NCBI GenBank assembly: GCA_040902005.1
Contig: JBBDYA010000043.1
Span: 13,226 to 36,732, forward strand
Reading direction: 5' to 3'
DNA from: Gemmatimonadaceae bacterium
GTDB lineage: Bacteria > Gemmatimonadota > Gemmatimonadetes > Gemmatimonadales > Gemmatimonadaceae
DNA length: 23,507 nt
Of this stretch, positions 23,319 to 23,507 are shown one piece after another (the first letter of the stretch is position 1; every line of letters starts with the position of its first letter). The notes beneath the pieces are model-generated. The model saw nothing but the letters and a program-made list of their open reading frames with translations, had not been told where the DNA came from and ran no database searches. Made by a program: the position numbers and the translations under genes.

Positions 23319-23344
23319 TCGACGCTCTGCGCGAGCAGAGCCAT

Positions 23345-23419
23345 GGTGGCTGTAGCTCAATTGGTTAGAGCACCGGACTGTGGCTCCGGGGGTTGCGGGT
23401 TCAATTCCCGTCAGTCACC
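23345..23419 (+). tRNA. tRNA-His (GTG)
   Basis: Encoded G-1; acceptor stem GTGGCTG/CAGTCAC; C discriminator; anticodon arm CCGGA-CT GTG GC-TCCGG; T-loop TTCAATT. The 3' CCA is not fully encoded. Confidence 0.96.
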
Positions 23420-23433
23420 CTGACAACTGATGT

Positions 23434-23506
23434 AGGTCGGTAGCTCAACTGGTAGAGCACTGGTCTCCAAAACCAGCGGTTGGGGGTTCAAGTCCCTCCC
23501 GGCCTG
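23434..23506 (+). tRNA. tRNA-Trp (CCA)
   Basis: Acceptor stem AGGTCGG/CCGGCCT; G discriminator; anticodon arm CTGGT-CT CCA AA-ACCAG; T-loop TTCAAGT. The next base is T, so the CCA end is not encoded. Confidence 0.95.
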
Positions 23507-23507
23507 T

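Overview
High-GC bacterial window; the gene set and the PGN-type EF-P would fit Gemmatimonadota, but that is an inference. Positions 1-10013 hold an atypical cellulose-synthase-like polysaccharide locus: a partial GH6 cellulase, a small outer-membrane beta-barrel, an HGSNAT/DUF5009-like membrane acyltransferase, two divergent BcsA-like GT2 synthases that each have two C-terminal PilZ-like domains, a DUF3131 lipoprotein and a PIG-L deacetylase. No bcsB, bcsC or bcsZ is present in the window. Next come a PAS-PAS hybrid histidine kinase, a 98-bp MITE-like hairpin, a TonB-dependent receptor, and a PilB/GspE ATPase with a partial receiver domain followed by an Hpt and a single-domain response regulator. 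After these are an unannotated 38-aa ORF that looks like a Tat signal peptide, and a GxxExxY (PD-(D/E)xK) gene enclosed by 32-bp inverted repeats built from 9-mers. The window ends with ybbP-ybbA/tesA, efp, tRNA-His and tRNA-Trp. All calls come from reading motifs by eye; no searches were run.
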